DNA of 64,000 nucleotides from Octopus sinensis (GCF_006345805.1 NC_043005.1:66774001-66838000), one strand, 5' to 3'; shown: positions 38,050 through 52,733, counted from the first letter of the stretch. Numbers and translations: made by a program. Notes: a model not told the origin generated them from the letters alone.

Positions 38050-40250
38050 TATTTCTACTTAAGAAATAGAATGGAGATTTTGACTAACCAATGAATAGCA
38101 AATCTTCACAAGAGAAAAATATTAGTCGAGACAAACACTAGGAAAATATAACATAATGAAATAGGTTGCTGAAGTCAATGATAACCTCAAAGAACAGATC
38201 CTTACTAAATAGCAAAAATCTGTCAGTATTAATGCCGAGAAGGTTTCTCAAATCAAAACAAATATAAATTTCGAGTGATTATATCAAGAACTTGGTAAAC
38301 AATAGTGCAGATCGAACATTAAGAAAAGCAGTTTTCATTTGATAGGGAAGTAATGGCGGTGAAGGATTTACCAGTAAGACATTTGCTGAAAACAACATTG
38401 GCCGAAGAATCGTAGGGAATGGGTTACAATGGCAGAACTAACTTACAAATTACAAATTACAAATAACGAGAAGGTACTGGACAAGATAAATTTTAAAACT
38501 GCAAGTTTCAAACATCTAATTCTGCTAATTATGTAGAAATGATTATCTCCCTTACGTCACAAGAAAACAGTTAGTTAAAATATTTTGGAGGAACGTGAAA
38601 TGGAAATTTGATGAGATCAAATAACACCTGAGTGTCTAACTTGGTGGTGATTCATCTTAATTCCTTCAACAAAAGAAACCACAAACTCTGAGAACTAGAG
38701 ACTCATATCTTCCATTCCTACAATCTACAACTCATTAACTGCAATTGATGCAGCAAAGACCTGTTGTTCTGTTTTCACAAGACCGGAAAGAATATAAAGG
38801 CTTTTGTGGCTATAAGGAACACATAAACAAAGAGTAAAGAATGCATAATAAAGTTTTGAACTGGTCATAGACTGAATACCCGAAGGCTTTTGATAGTATT
38901 TCCCATCCGTTGATCCTGGAGTTATTATCCATGAGTAAGGTGGATCCAGTGAAAGAAGAAAAAATGTAAGAAGAAATATCGTGAATATTGCAATTTTGCT
39001 GATACAAACTAGAGAATTGAAAATAACAGGAACCGATCACCATTGAATGAAAACCATTCCAAAGGATTGCCCTTTCCGATCTCTTCTTTTAATCCCGATT
39101 CGTATAACTATTATGTCAAACAGGATGAGACACGTACAGAAATGTGACAGTAAGACATCAACCGTGTTTTGTATATAGCTGACCTCAAGACGTATGATGC
39201 AAATAATAACCAACTAGAAATACTTCTGCAGACAAAGATTCGAAATAGAAATATGTGCTAAGGCAAATTGGATGGAGAGATTTAATGAAGAGCCATAATA
39301 ACATGCTAAAAATAGAAAGTAAAATAAGGGAACATCAAAAGCAAGTCTACAACTATTTTAAATCCGATAACCTAAGCAGTGAAAGTGTACAAAATATACT
39401 TTTGAAAAATTATTATAATGGCTTACGTTTAATACTAGAATGTAAGTTGAATCAAAAATATCACGAAACGAAAAGAAAAAAATAAGCCTCACATATGTAG
39501 CTGCTCCGATAATAACTCATAATAGCCCCAATTGGACGTTAAGCTAATTTGCAAGACTTGACCACAAGAAAAACAGAAAATACGTTCTGTATACTGAACG
39601 CATAAATCCAATTTAGAATAATTATACTTACTAGGATTACTGGCTTGTAATGACCTTTTGCAATTAAAAAAGAACTAAATATCATTATAGTATAACGCAA
39701 ATATCTAGAAAAGTGTCAGAGAATATTATTCCCCGTAGCTACTAAATGGAAATAAAAGGAATAAAGAGTGTTCACTTTCTAAGAAGAAGTCATACAAAAT
39801 ATTGTATTCACAGCTGAGAAAGAAAAGAAACAACAGAAATTCAGAAAAGCCTCTGATCTATACTGAATTCAGGGCTGTAGAGAAACATGGCGAACCTCCG
39901 GGAAGCCAAGCATCAGCGAGATCAAAGTCTATAAAAGCAACACTGAAGCATTTTCCATTACGGTACCAGATAAATGCATTTCCTTTCAGAAAACTCTAAC
40001 AGCATTTAATGAAGCAGAGTACAGTAAATAAATTTATTCCCTTTCTTCAAATGCTGCTAGAGTTGCGACTTCCAGTTGAAGATATGCCAGCATTAACAAA
40101 TCCTCCACAAAACTGATAGCACCACAGAAGGTCTCAGAGAATCAAAAATCGATGATACTATTAGCTATGTCAATACACAGTTACAGAGATCAAGAATAAT
40201 CGATCACATATTGTCATCAAGTAGAGCAGGATATGAAATATCTTTTCATC
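38050..40250 (+). mobile_element. Degraded R4/Dong-like LINE (RT core)
   Basis: KAFDSISHPLILE near 38880, and VLYIADLKTYDANNNQLEILLQ (decayed YxDD) near 39170. Confidence 0.7.
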
Positions 40251-40466
40251 GCGATAGGACAAAGTAAAATGAATACCATATACCGCAAGTGTTTCAAAAG
40301 CCGAAGAAAATGAAAGCGCTCCACAAAATCTCTTTTCCATCCGGTTTACGTTGATATGCTCTTATAAAACAAAATTAATATCATGAATAATTATTGAATT
40401 TATGAAAATCTTTTTATCAAACATTGTTACTGAATCAAAAAATTTACTCGCTCTCTCTCTCAGTCA

Positions 40467-40651
<185 letters not shown>

Positions 40652-41120
40652 CAGTTTATCTATCTATGTGTGTATGTGTGTTTCTGCGGCTGCATATCAA
40701 CGATATGACTTATTCATTGTAGAATACACTGTATATGCTATCACAAATGAGATCTCAACAAGCTACAAAACTGGCACATGCCACACACATACACACATAT
40801 GTGCCTACGATTACACACATGCACTCACAAGTGTATCTGGGGTATTTAGATACGTTATCCAGTAGGACGCTATATGCAATTTTCTGCAGGTCGAGGGAGT
40901 AGAGGTCGCTGACTATTCAGCTCTCAGAAAAATTGCTTTGCTCTTTTTCGTCTACAACTTCCTCACCCTGTCTTGCAGTTGTTATCTCATCACCCTGGGT
41001 AGTTAGTGTAAGAAATTAGACTGGTTATTACATCTGTAATCTCGTCCTTCAAAGGAGATGTGATGGGAAATGATTGCACGGAAGTCTTTTGTTTCGCATG
41101 TGTAAATATTCTTTACTACG

Positions 41121-41505
41121 ATAGGCACAAGGCCCAAAATTTTGGGAGAGGGGGTCTGTCGATTAGATCCACCCAATACACAACTGGTACTAAGTTTATC
41201 TTCCCCGAAAAGATGAAAGGCAAAGTGGACCTAAGCTGATTTTAACTCAGAACGTAAAGACAGACGAAGTTCCTATTTCTTTACTGCCCACAAGGGGCTA
41301 CACACAGAGGGGACCAACAAGGACAGACAAACGGAGTAAGTCGATTATTTCGACCCCAGTGTGTAACTGGTACTTATTTAATCGACCCTGAAAGGATGAA
41401 AGGCAAAGTTGACTTAGGCGGAATTTGAACTCCGAACGTAACGGCAGACGAAAGACCGCTAAGCATTTCACCCGGCGTGCTAACGTTTCTACCAGCTCGC
41501 CGCCT
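41121..41505 (-). mobile_element. Dimeric SINE family A
   Basis: A full monomer with the long tail is joined to an A-box-less monomer at ...aaagaaatagg(a/t)a|..cgtctgtc. Confidence 0.88.
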
Positions 41506-41915
41506 GCGCATGCGTAAATATCGAAGCAATCGTTATTATATATAAGACGGATCAGCATATAAGTCATATATAAACCAATTGCTGTATGCTAGCTGAGAAA
41601 TATATATATACACATACCTGCTAGGAATTTAGGTTTAAGTTATATAGTTCGTTGATTGGATCAAGTTTATACATTGTTTAAAACATTACTGACATAACAA
41701 CTAAGTGATAAGCAGCAGTAAACGCATAGTCCCACACTATAAGTTGGTTATTCACACAGAGCCATAATATCAACGGACTATAATAACAAAACAAAAAATA
41801 TATCATCGAAGATCTGCATTCTCAGCAACGTTGTGGGACAATGCATATCTTGTAACAAAATAAGCTGTGAACATTATTATATAAAGAATATACCAAAGAG
41901 AATAGTATCAATATC

Positions 41916-42100
41916 GGGTTCAAATTATGGAAGCAATTTGGAGACGGGGGTTAAATCTATTACATCGACCCAAATGTTCAACTGGTATTCATTTTATTGA
42001 CTCCGATGGGACGAAAGGCACAGTTGACCTCGACAGACGGACGAAACAACGCTAAGCATTGTGCCCTTGCGTGGTTAGAATTCCATGATCTCGCCTCCTT
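41916..42100 (-). mobile_element. SINE family A, internally deleted
   Basis: tacatcgaccc...aactggta...gttgacctcgacagacggacgaaa...gctaagcatt. Confidence 0.75.
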
Positions 42101-43021
42101 AGAGAATCGCATTGTTATGACCAATCTTACTATCATCTTAAGATTGTGGTGATAGTAATAGTACTGTAATATTAACTTTGCAATGAAGAGGAGAAATGAA
42201 TTCAGTATAATTTTACTAGATTTAATAGGCATATATTAAATGGAAAATCAATAATAAACAAATATTCAAGGCATCGAAGAAATTAGAATCAAATCAATAA
42301 CAATGAATCGGATAGTGTTATGTTGTGATTATGATAGCAGCGTCAGCAACAAAGTCGACGTTGGATCAGTACTCCGAGCTAGGTCATAGTTGAGCTTCAT
42401 AGAAGGTTAGTAGTTGTTAGAATCTCTGAAGCGGGCGTTTAGACATTGAGATCAGTATTTGCAATGTTGAACAATTTGCGTTGCCATGCGTTATGATCAG
42501 TGTTTGTGATGCAGGTATATAAAGTGATCATCAGTTTTGTAATCTTGTGCTGATCTTGTTTAGTGCAAGTGGATGAGATGGAATAAATTTGATTTGGTAC
42601 GAGCTATGATTGTACTGACTGCCGTCGAGGAAAACGAGTTTTGCATTAATACCTTCAGGAATAATTTGCAGTTCAACACAGAGACAAACACACAAGCACA
42701 TAGATTTGTACACACGCACAACACAAACATGCACTCACGCGCACACAGGAAATCACAGTGTATAGTTCAATAGGTAATCGCAAAGTTAGAACGCAGCAGA
42801 GCTTTTGAAATAGAGACATCAAGTCTCTTTGTTAAAAGCAATGGAGCTCTAATACACACACACACACATACGTATACACGAAACATTTATATATACATAT
42901 CTGTAACATATAAATATACACATATGCATATATGCACATATATATATACACATACATAAGTATACATATACGTATAGATGCATAGTTATAAATGCTATGA
43001 ATGTAAAAGTTTGTATGTATG

Positions 43022-43099
<78 letters not shown>

Positions 43100-44071
43100 C
43101 CACTAATATAAATGTCTGAATATGTACATGTGTGTGCGCGCACGTCTGTGTGTGTGTAAGCATAACTAGACAAAGCATAGCTACAGAGACATGTAAACTT
43201 TTCTCAATACATAGATGCAATATATCTAAATTGAATGCATATATACTCAATAATGTGATATATATATATATATATTACGAAGATACATACCATTTGACAC
43301 ATAGCAGTATACTGACGAGATCATTGAATGATTGTCGTGAAGTGTTACGAATTGCACATGTTAGCAACTGTATACGTCACAGTTGCTAACACTGTGTTAG
43401 GCTGGAATTCATGCAAAGTAGCGCTTCTTAAATAACACCATTTAAATGCCTTACTCGAAGAGGTCTCGGTATTCACTAAGTTAAACTAAATTGCTTAAAC
43501 ACCTGTTTATACATTTCGTATTTGCTTAATAATATTCAGCAACAAGGAAGACAAAGGAAATATATTTCCATTGCAAAAATAAACGTAAGATAAATGATCC
43601 AGTCATTGTTATTTCAAACTTTACATGAAGCAGCATTTAATGAGATTCCTTTTCACAAAACAAGATCTCTAACTATAGAATTAGGCCGGCGTCGTCATAA
43701 GGACTTCAAATTTGACTCAATTGATTTAATAGACTGAAGCCACGAGTAAAATAGCCTGCTATTAATAAAACTTTCCTTAAAATAACATTTATTTTTAATA
43801 GCGGAAACGTTTTCAGGCATTAAATGACTTATTAAATACAAAGCTGACAAAATCTGTAAAATCGATACTGAAGCATAAATAATGAATTTAAATGCAGTGT
43901 TACTTTATCTAATATTGTACTCTTTAGGTGTTAAAACTGAAACTGTTATAATTTGTTTATATACGTCAAACTAATTGTGGGCTAAATACATGTGTGGCGC
44001 GCACTAAATTTTCCTGTAACAACAACAACAACAACAACAACAATAACATCAACAATAACAATAACAACTAC

Positions 44072-44134
<63 letters not shown>

Positions 44135-44144
44135 CATTTTTATT

Positions 44145-44292
44145 AAAGGCACAAAACCTGGTATTTGTGAAGAGGAGGATAGTCGATCACATTGTCCCCA
44201 GTACTTGACTGGCATTTAATTTATCGACCTCGAAAGGATGAGAGGCAAAGTCGACCTCGGCGAAATTTGAATCAGAACGTAATGGCGGACGG
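44145..44292 (-). mobile_element. SINE family A, head truncated
   Basis: tatcgacctcgaaaggatgagaggcaaagtcgacctcggcgaaatttgaatc. Confidence 0.85.
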
Positions 44293-44329
44293 GTGCAGAA
44301 AACCTGTCGAAAAGGAGCGGGGGAACTAT

Positions 44330-46170
44330 AGATCAGCTATTCATTTACAAGTTAATCATCAGAAACTACAAGAGAAGGCACACGAATTTGAGCATGGCGT
44401 AGATTGATCGTCGTCAAAGATATGATGCGATACCAACTTCTTTGATAACAAGATCTATGGGAAAGCATGGAATAGGAAAAAACGCGAAAAGCTTTAAAAG
44501 GAACAATATGAAATGGTGAAGATCTCAATTGGTGGCAGGGTATCAGGTGTTATAACAAATAAAAATTAGGCGATGAATCTTCCAGGGTGGCTACATACCC
44601 CTTGATTTTTCTTCTTGGGATGATTTCATCGAGTAAGTTACTGCGTAAGATAAAGTTGGGGTATGATCTGGGAAGTTGTAAAGTATCTATAGATGATATG
44701 GGGTTGTTCACCAGAGTGTGACAGAATTAGATTGTCTAGTTCAACTTGGACAAATTTTCTCAAACGATATCAAGATGGAGTTTGTACTTTCAACATATGC
44801 TGTGATGGTGATTAGACGAGGAAATCATGTCAGGACAAAACGTGTATATATGTCAAGTGGTTAGCTGATGAAAGCAACTGAACCTTAGACTGAATATAAA
44901 TATCTAGGAATACGTGAGGAAGATGGAATTAAGCGTGATGATATGAAAGAAAAGACAAAGAAACAGCATCTGCGGCGGTTTAGAAAAATACTGGATTCAA
45001 AGTCGAATGCTGCAAACATAATTTCGGTAATAAACTCGATCACAGTTGCAATGGTTCGGTATCGCGCTGGAATACTGAAGTGGACAGATAAGGGGCTAAA
45101 GGAGTTGGAATATATATATATATATATACCGGATTAGTGATTATATGGTGTGCCTATATTGTAAAGACGTACAAGAAAGCTCCAAACCATGTGTGGGATA
45201 CGTGCAAACATGAAAAGAGCATATGGAGGAAGAGGTCTGATATGTGTGCAAGACTGCTTGCATATTCTATGAGGAACGTGTTGAGATATGTAACCCAAAG
45301 TGAGGAATCTCTGCTAGTAGTGTTAGAAATGAGGACATGATGAAACCAAGAATAAGGAAAAGAAGTAGAAGGACATGGGGAAGCACTACTCAACAAAGGA
45401 GTACGTAGCCAATTCTATGTAGCCACAGCTGACGTTGCTATAGAAAATGGATAAGGCTAGTTAAAGAAATGAGTATTTAAAAACGAGACTAAGAGCATTA
45501 TACTTACAGCGCAAGGCTGAGCTTTGGTCGCAAATTTGAGGGTCAATCTTAGAAATGAGCAAAGGTCTATGTTGTGTCGACTTCGTAATGAATTTGACGA
45601 AACCATTACGCATATTGTAAATGAATAACCTCGACTTTCCCAAACCCAAAAGGAGTAGCGAAATGATGAGGTAGAAAGTGACGCATTAGAAACTGTGAGA
45701 AGAGGGACAGGTCCTGTAACGAACACAAACTATAGAGAATGGCTGAATCGGATTCTTGCAAAATCCTGAGGGATTTCCCAATTCAAACGGATGAGGTAAC
45801 TGAGCAAAACAAGCCGAGCATAGTAATGGTGGACAAGGCGCACCACATGAGTTCTATAATTGATGTTGCGTACCCATTTGACTCAAGGATATTTAAGAAG
45901 TATGAGAAAATAGATGTGTACAATTCTCTTAAATACTAGATAGCTTGACAGTAGAAAAATATGTGAACATAGTGCCAAATTTTGTTGTGGCTTTAGGGTC
46001 AGTATCAGAATGTGTTCAGGGAATATAAATGAACCGGAAATAGAGTACTCCGTAGAACTGTTTCACAAAAGTTTGCTTCCTTGGCACAGTCAAAATAATC
46101 AGGTAAGTAATTGTGAAAGAGAATAAATAGTAGTCAGCAGGTAAAAAGACTGCTACTCATGCAAGTCTCC
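44330..46170 (+). mobile_element. Degraded R4/Dong-like LINE (RT C-terminal part and REL)
   Basis: RRFRKILDSKSNAANIISVINSITVAMVRYRAGILKW at 44943-45137, and KILRDFPIQTD...NKPSIVMVDK...IIDVAYPFD at 45739-45939. Confidence 0.85.
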
Positions 46171-46258
46171 AGTTGTTCCGACAAACCCCAGGGTTATATG
46201 TGTGTGAATGTGTGTGCGTGCGTGTATGAGTGTGTGCATGTGTGTGTGAATGTGTGTG

Positions 46259-46294
<36 letters not shown>

Positions 46295-47478
46295 ATACAT
46301 AATCTATTGGTTACAAATTTAGAAAAAAAGGATCACTTATACACACACAGTCAAATAATAATACACTCTCTATCAGATACTTGTGTGGAGTACGCATATA
46401 TGTGTCTCTTCGTTTGTATGTCTTTGAAGAAAGACATATATACACAGAGAAGTATATATAAACATATACATAAATACATGGATATATTTATACGCACCCT
46501 CATATATCTTTAGAAAAATTTCAATAGTATCTGAGGAAATACATTGAGAAAGTAGTTTAGTTGTTACCTGATGTTCATATGGGCGGTTTGCTGACAAATT
46601 CCGAAAGGTACAAGCAAATTGTTACGTTAACAATCAGCGAAAATTATCAATTTCTCAGGTATATCATTGGAACATAGCACACAATCCCCTTCACTCGCTA
46701 CATTAAACTAAACAACTCAATCTTATGCATATTCTATAATACAATACATCCGCTATATGCCCTTAAATGTCTTCTCCTCAAATTTTGCAAACAAATCTTG
46801 CTTTTCTTATGTCGAAGCATCTTTCAACAGAGTAGCAATTATATTTATATGAGAATTCAATGACATCTATCGGTTAAACAAAATAGCATTAATAACAAAC
46901 ATGATTAGATAATACGCATAAAAACTTCGTTAAAATTATTACAAATCTACCATTTTCAATAATAGTAACTTCTCCGATTATCAAAATATTCTTCAATTTC
47001 CTAAGGACATTTTCGACGCACAAACGCAGAAACATATCAATGTATATTTAAAACCACCTATCTGAGGAGTCTTATACCGAAAGAAGTATGTACTTATCTG
47101 ACGGGCTTTTGGAAATAATATTGCGAGAGCAGATCAATATTAGTTTCACTTTGTACAAATATACTTAATACTATACGTTCTTATTATATTATAGCTGAAA
47201 GAAACACTAGAACAATTCAAATTGAAATTCTGATTAAAACTAGGGACAGAAATAAAATGCTTTACGGAAACAGCTGATATACTTTCCACACATTTAACCT
47301 CTCTTGACACGAGTCCTTTTTAACGCTAAGTATATCTTAAAACAACTTCAAGTTTTACATTATTCAATTTCAACCTATTAGAATAGTGTTAGTCTTCTTA
47401 TTGCTATGTTATACTATCGTAGTCGCTCTTTACTTTCCCGATAATATTTGAAATATTATTCACGACACACGATATATA

Positions 47479-47683
47479 TGAGGGGGTGCTGAAAAGTTCT
47501 TGGCTTTGGATAAAAGAAAATAGAGTAAGATCATTTATGATTATATTCAATACACCCTCCCTCTCACATCCACACACTTATTGCAGTTGTTCTAAGCCAT
47601 GTAAAAGAACTATGAAGTTTGGGCCCCTAACCAGACATCTCCCGATTACCTTAAAGATAAGTATTTTTCAGCCCCCACCCTCT
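47479..47683. mobile_element. Mariner-type MITE
   Basis: Imperfect terminal inverted repeats gagggggtgctgaaaagttct and aagtatttttcagcccccaccctc, about 205 bp apart. Confidence 0.6.
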
Positions 47684-47886
47684 TGTTTCAATCATTCTTC
47701 TGTTGCCATGCTGGAGGAAGGAGTTCTGTATTCGTTCGATTGTACAACAAGCACATATATATATTAGTTCTTTCAAACATAAATAAAATTCAAATAGGAC
47801 AGCCTACTCATTGCCGAAGGAGTTGATTATATTAAACCGGCTTCCACGAGATGTAACACATGACAAGAGTGTGGAGCAAGAGAATA

Positions 47887-48120
47887 AGGCGGCGAGGTGG
47901 CAGAAACATTAGCACACCAAGCGAAATGCTTAGGTGTATTTCGTCTGTCGTTGCTTTCTGAGTTCAAATTCGGCCGAGTTCAATTTTGACTTTCATCCTT
48001 TCGCGGTTGATAAATTAAGTACTAGTTTCGCACTGGGGTCCATGTAATCGACTTAATCCCTTTGTCTGTCCTATTCTATCCCCTCTGAATTTAGCCCCTT
48101 GTTGGTAATAAAGAAATAAG
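47887..48120 (+). mobile_element. SINE family A monomer with long tail
   Basis: aggcggcgaggtggcagaaac...ttagccccttgttggtaataaagaaataag. Confidence 0.88.
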
Positions 48121-48264
48121 TGTGTGAGGCACCGAGCAGAATAAAAGCAAACTCTGTCCCTTGTAAAGGCAGAATAGTTATTTGAGAGCCAACGGCAGCA
48201 AAATCCTTGGCATAAGTTGAGCGCCACAAGGATTACAAGGTTTCATGTTAAAATTAAATAGAAG

Positions 48265-48646
48265 ACTAGCAGTATCGCCCGGCGTTGCTCAGGTTTGTAA
48301 GGGAAATAACTATAAAGCATTTTTAGAGAGTTATAGCCAAAAATAGCAAAAAAATGGAAAAAATGATGGTAAATTTTTTTTGAGATTTAAAAAAGGTAGA
48401 GTTGCGTCCCCTAGACAGTTTGTGGTTCGTATTCCTGATTCTCGACCCATGTCGAATTTATCGATTTTTTTCAGAACTGGGGGAACTTTCAAAATTTTCG
48501 CTGCGTTAGTTTTGAATTATGACATTGGGCTATGTGTGTGTCAAGTTTCATCAGAATCGGTTGAAAGCCGTGGTCAGGGTGAGGGTACAAGCAAACAGAC
48601 ACACAGAAACACGCACAGACAAACTGCCGTTTATATAGAGAGAGAT
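48265..48646 (+). mobile_element. Non-autonomous Helitron-like (Lep1/HINE-type) element
   Basis: Starts actagc...cccggcgttgc, contains aagtttcatcagaatcggttgaaagccgtgg, then an acag-type microsatellite, and ends tttatatagagagagat. Confidence 0.6.
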
Positions 48647-49002
48647 ACACCACTGTCTAATTTTATAAAGGAGGGTCGAATAACGGCTAGTCGGTTGATC
48701 CCATCCCCAAGAAAAAGGGAAGATACCTCTGCAACAGAAACGCCATCAAAACAATTTGACTTTTACCCTGTATATTTTATTGTTTTTCTTATCCAACAAA
48801 TGTTGAAATATAAATGTAAATCTTTCCTCGGTAAGATCTAAGTAAGTTTTGTTTCTTCTTTCTATAAACTTTCAGTTTGGTTGCATATAATATTTGATAT
48901 TTTTCATTTAATTCTCATAATGATGTTCGGTAAATCACTTCTCCCCACCACTAATAAATATAGGCACACGCATCTACTTATTCATACACAGACACACACA
49001 CG

Positions 49003-49088
<86 letters not shown>

Positions 49089-50267
49089 ATATATATATAT
49101 ATATATTTTTTATTGTGTGTATGCGTGTGAGCGTGTGTGTGCGTGTGTGTGTGTTTGTGTTTACGCTTACATATATATCCTCTGTCATGATCACAGAAGA
49201 TGCGGTTTCGATTCTCTCGGGCAGTCTTCGGCTGTTTTCTATCTAGAGGAATTTTATACCAAAATTTTGTTTGCAATTATTTACGTCTTCATCTACTTCG
49301 ATTTCTATTGTTCGGAATATTTATTGCATACACGCACACATATACATACACACACATTTATACATATATACATACACACACATACATGCATCCATCAAGC
49401 CTATATGGATATATATGCATGAGAATGTATGTGTGTGTGTGTGAGTGTGTGTAATACAGTATTATTTCATTTTTAACCTAAATGATATTTCGTTATATTT
49501 CGATATCAGATTTTAGCCTCACCGAGTTTTATTTATTATCAAAAATTATACCCAAAACTCAGTTATGTAATGTAACATCTACAAAAAAAAATATCCTTCC
49601 TCGAACAATGCAGATGTCTACCTAGGGTATACAAGAAAAAACACTCCTATAATCTAAACTGTGTAAAACAGTCGAAATACACACAAGTACATACATGCAT
49701 GTATAATGTTTAAGAAGCAGAGATAAAGAAACAGGGCGAGAAAGAGAAAGACAAAAAAAAAATATGTGTTCATGTGTTCGCATCATGACTTAACAACGTG
49801 ACTAACCTCAATGTTTCATTTTGTTTATTCAAATATTTTGGTGTTCCCTTTCTATTCCAATCGATATTGATTCTAGGTGCATCAACCTTTTAAAACTTTT
49901 GTATTTTTATTTTGTGATGGAAATGGTTATTGGTGAGGATTTTTATTGCCATTTTATAACAGATGAGTGTCATCGGTAGGATGCTGTTCGAATAACTGAT
50001 GTTGCTATCTTTAGATTTGAATACTTTTCGTCGATAAACTAAAGGGTGTTTTCATTTACTATGACCTTGTCTTAGGCTATCTCTGTAGTTCACTTCAGAG
50101 TTGTTGTTTAAGTTGTGTTTTAGTATAGGTGTAAATTTTCGTCCAAAACAATTGTTATTATCAAGAAAATTGCTATACCAGCCTCGCCCTCTGTTAAAGT
50201 GGCTCAACAACATCAACAACAAAAACAATAAAAACAACAACAGCAATGTTTATAATAAATTTTTCTA

Positions 50268-50462
50268 CTAAAGACACGAGGCCTAAAACTTGTGGGAGGA
50301 AGATACTCGATTATATCAACTAAAATTCAACTGGTACTTATTTTTTCCACCCCGAAAGGATGAAAGGCAAAGTCGACCTCGGTGGAATTAGAACTAGAGA
50401 CCGTCGACATACTGCTAAGCATTTCGTCATATCGTGCTGATGATTTTGCCAGATCGCCGCCT
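50268..50462 (-). mobile_element. SINE family A
   Basis: ccccgaaaggatgaaaggcaaagtcgacctcggtggaatt...ttgccagatcgccgcct. Confidence 0.85.
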
Positions 50463-50487
50463 ATAAAAAAAAATAATAACATTACTC

Positions 50488-50873
50488 TAGGCGCAAGGCC
50501 CGAAATTTTGGGGGAGGGAGCCAGTCGATTACATCGACACAAGTACGCAACTGGTACTTAATTTATTGACTCCGAAAGGATAGAAAGTAAAGTCGACCTC
50601 GGCGGAATTTGAACTCAGAACGTAAAGGCAGACAAAATACCTATTTCTTAACTACCCACTAGCGGCTGAACACAGAGGTAACAAACAAGGAGAGACAACC
50701 GGAATAAGTCGATTATATCAACCGCAATGCGTAACTGGTACTTATTTAATTGACCCCGAAAGGATGAAAGGTAAAGCCAACCTCGACGGAATTTGAACTC
50801 AGGACGTAGCGGCAGACAAAATACTGGTAAGCATTTTTTCCAGCTTACTAACGTTTCTGCCAGATCAACACCT
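50488..50873 (-). mobile_element. Dimeric SINE family A
   Basis: Same two-monomer layout and junction (~50635). Confidence 0.88.
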
Positions 50874-50979
50874 ATGAACATAAAATAATATTGCAAGGCA
50901 TATTGTCTCACATTCTATTGATTATTTCAGTTCACTGAGTTGCTCGTTTCTGATTTCTACACAAAGCCAGAGGTGACAA

Positions 50980-51068
50980 CAATATTGACTCCAGTATTTG
51001 ACTGGTACCTTATTTTATCGAATCCGAAAGGATGAAAGGCAAAATTGGCCACGCCAGAATTTGAACTG
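50980..51068 (-). mobile_element. SINE family A fragment
   Basis: actggtaccttattttatcgaatccgaaaggatgaaaggca. Confidence 0.75.
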
Positions 51069-51317
51069 AAATTTTGAAAAGAATAGGTGAGGTAGGCGTA
51101 GAAGAAGGTCTCAACGACAAGAAATAAAAAGAAGAGATCACATGCTTTCGCCTATTTTGATAACAGGGAGATCGTTTTCTTCTACTAGAGGCTGTTATGA
51201 TAGACTAAAAAAATGAGCGGATAGGAGTAGGATATCTTTAAAGTAGATCTATTAAAGATAGAGTAAAATTTATGTTGACGTGAGTTGGAGTTTTGTATAT
51301 TCGTTTCTTTTCTACTC

Positions 51318-51519
51318 TAGACACAAGGCCCAAAATTTTGGAGGAAAAGGCCAGTCGATTAGATCGACCAGAGTACGGAACTGGTACTTAACTTATGGAC
51401 CCTGAAAGGATGAATAGCAAAGTCAACCTCGGTGGAATTTGAACTCAGAACGTAAAGACAAATGAAATACTGCTAAGCATTTCGCCCGGCGTGCTAACGT
51501 TTCTGCCAGCTCGCCGCCT
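51318..51519 (-). mobile_element. SINE family A, full length
   Basis: Ends gctaagcatttcgcccggcgtgctaacgtttctgccagctcgccgcct. Confidence 0.9.
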
Positions 51520-51639
51520 TTAGGATTCTATTATATTATTAAAAAATGATTTAGCAAAATTGTTATCATTTAGTGAAAAGGGAGGTACATACCATAGAAG
51601 AGAGCGTCCGTTGCTTTTTTTTGTTGGTTAGGGGTAGTA

Positions 51640-52400
51640 TAATCTATATTTTTAGAAATTAATGTGGGGATATATGGTCCGCTATTGTTTGCTTGTTTAG
51701 CTTTTTACCTCGTGTTATATATGTGCGTGTGTCCCCCGTACCATTTACTTTACTTATCTCCCCACCTCAGTGCTTTTCAAACATATGACTCCACCTCCCA
51801 CTCCTCACACATATTCCTTCCTTACATTCTTAAATCTTCCTTCTATCCTTCCCCTTATTTCTTTTATCCTGATAGCTCTCCTCTCTCATCTCCTCGCATT
51901 ATCTTGACCACATCTAGCACTCCTTTTTTATTTTTTACTTTTCTTCTTAATTCATTTCTTTCTTCTTTCCTCCCCTATTCCTTTTGACTAATACCATTCT
52001 CCTCCTAACATACATATCTGTACTCTTCTCTTCATCTACTTACCCCTACCTGTGCATTCTCAAAATTTCATTCACATCTCAAGACCCCTTTCAATGAACA
52101 ACACATGGAATTTATGTCCCCACACTATCTACTTGTAATGAGAAAATATGAACTCCTATCTGAATCTACATACCATGGAGAATAAGCATTTCTACCTATT
52201 CTACACTGTACTTTCCTTGTATAATGGAAATGCAATTGCAACTTCCTACATATATTATTACGTTTATTTTTATTCTCTTATTTCCCTTTATACTTCCTAT
52301 ATCCATCCTTTTCCAAAATAACTCCTTACATTGAACTCTTCTATTTCCCTCTAGTTAACTCTCTAATAGCGTCTCTGGGGAAGGGATATCCCTAATATAC
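51640..52400 (-). pseudogene. Purine-rich degraded LINE (RTE-like) 3' relic
   Basis: Strong strand purine skew and Arg/Lys/Glu-rich remnants. No intact motif. Confidence 0.3.
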
Positions 52401-52494
52401 CAGAAACAGCTGTAAGACTACCTTTTCTATTTATAGATGTCCTATAAATTCCACACTGCCTTGGTTTTGTTGTCTCATTTCATTTAACACACAT

Positions 52495-52638
52495 ATGCAC
52501 ACACACACATACACATACATATATACATACATACATACATACATACATACATACATACATACATACATACATACATACATACATACATACATACATACAT
52601 ACATACATACATGCATACATACATACATACACACACAT

Positions 52639-52730
<92 letters not shown>
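52495..52730. repeat. Compound (CATA)n/(CA)n/(TA)n microsatellite
   Basis: Read directly. Confidence 0.95.
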
Positions 52731-52733
<3 letters not shown>

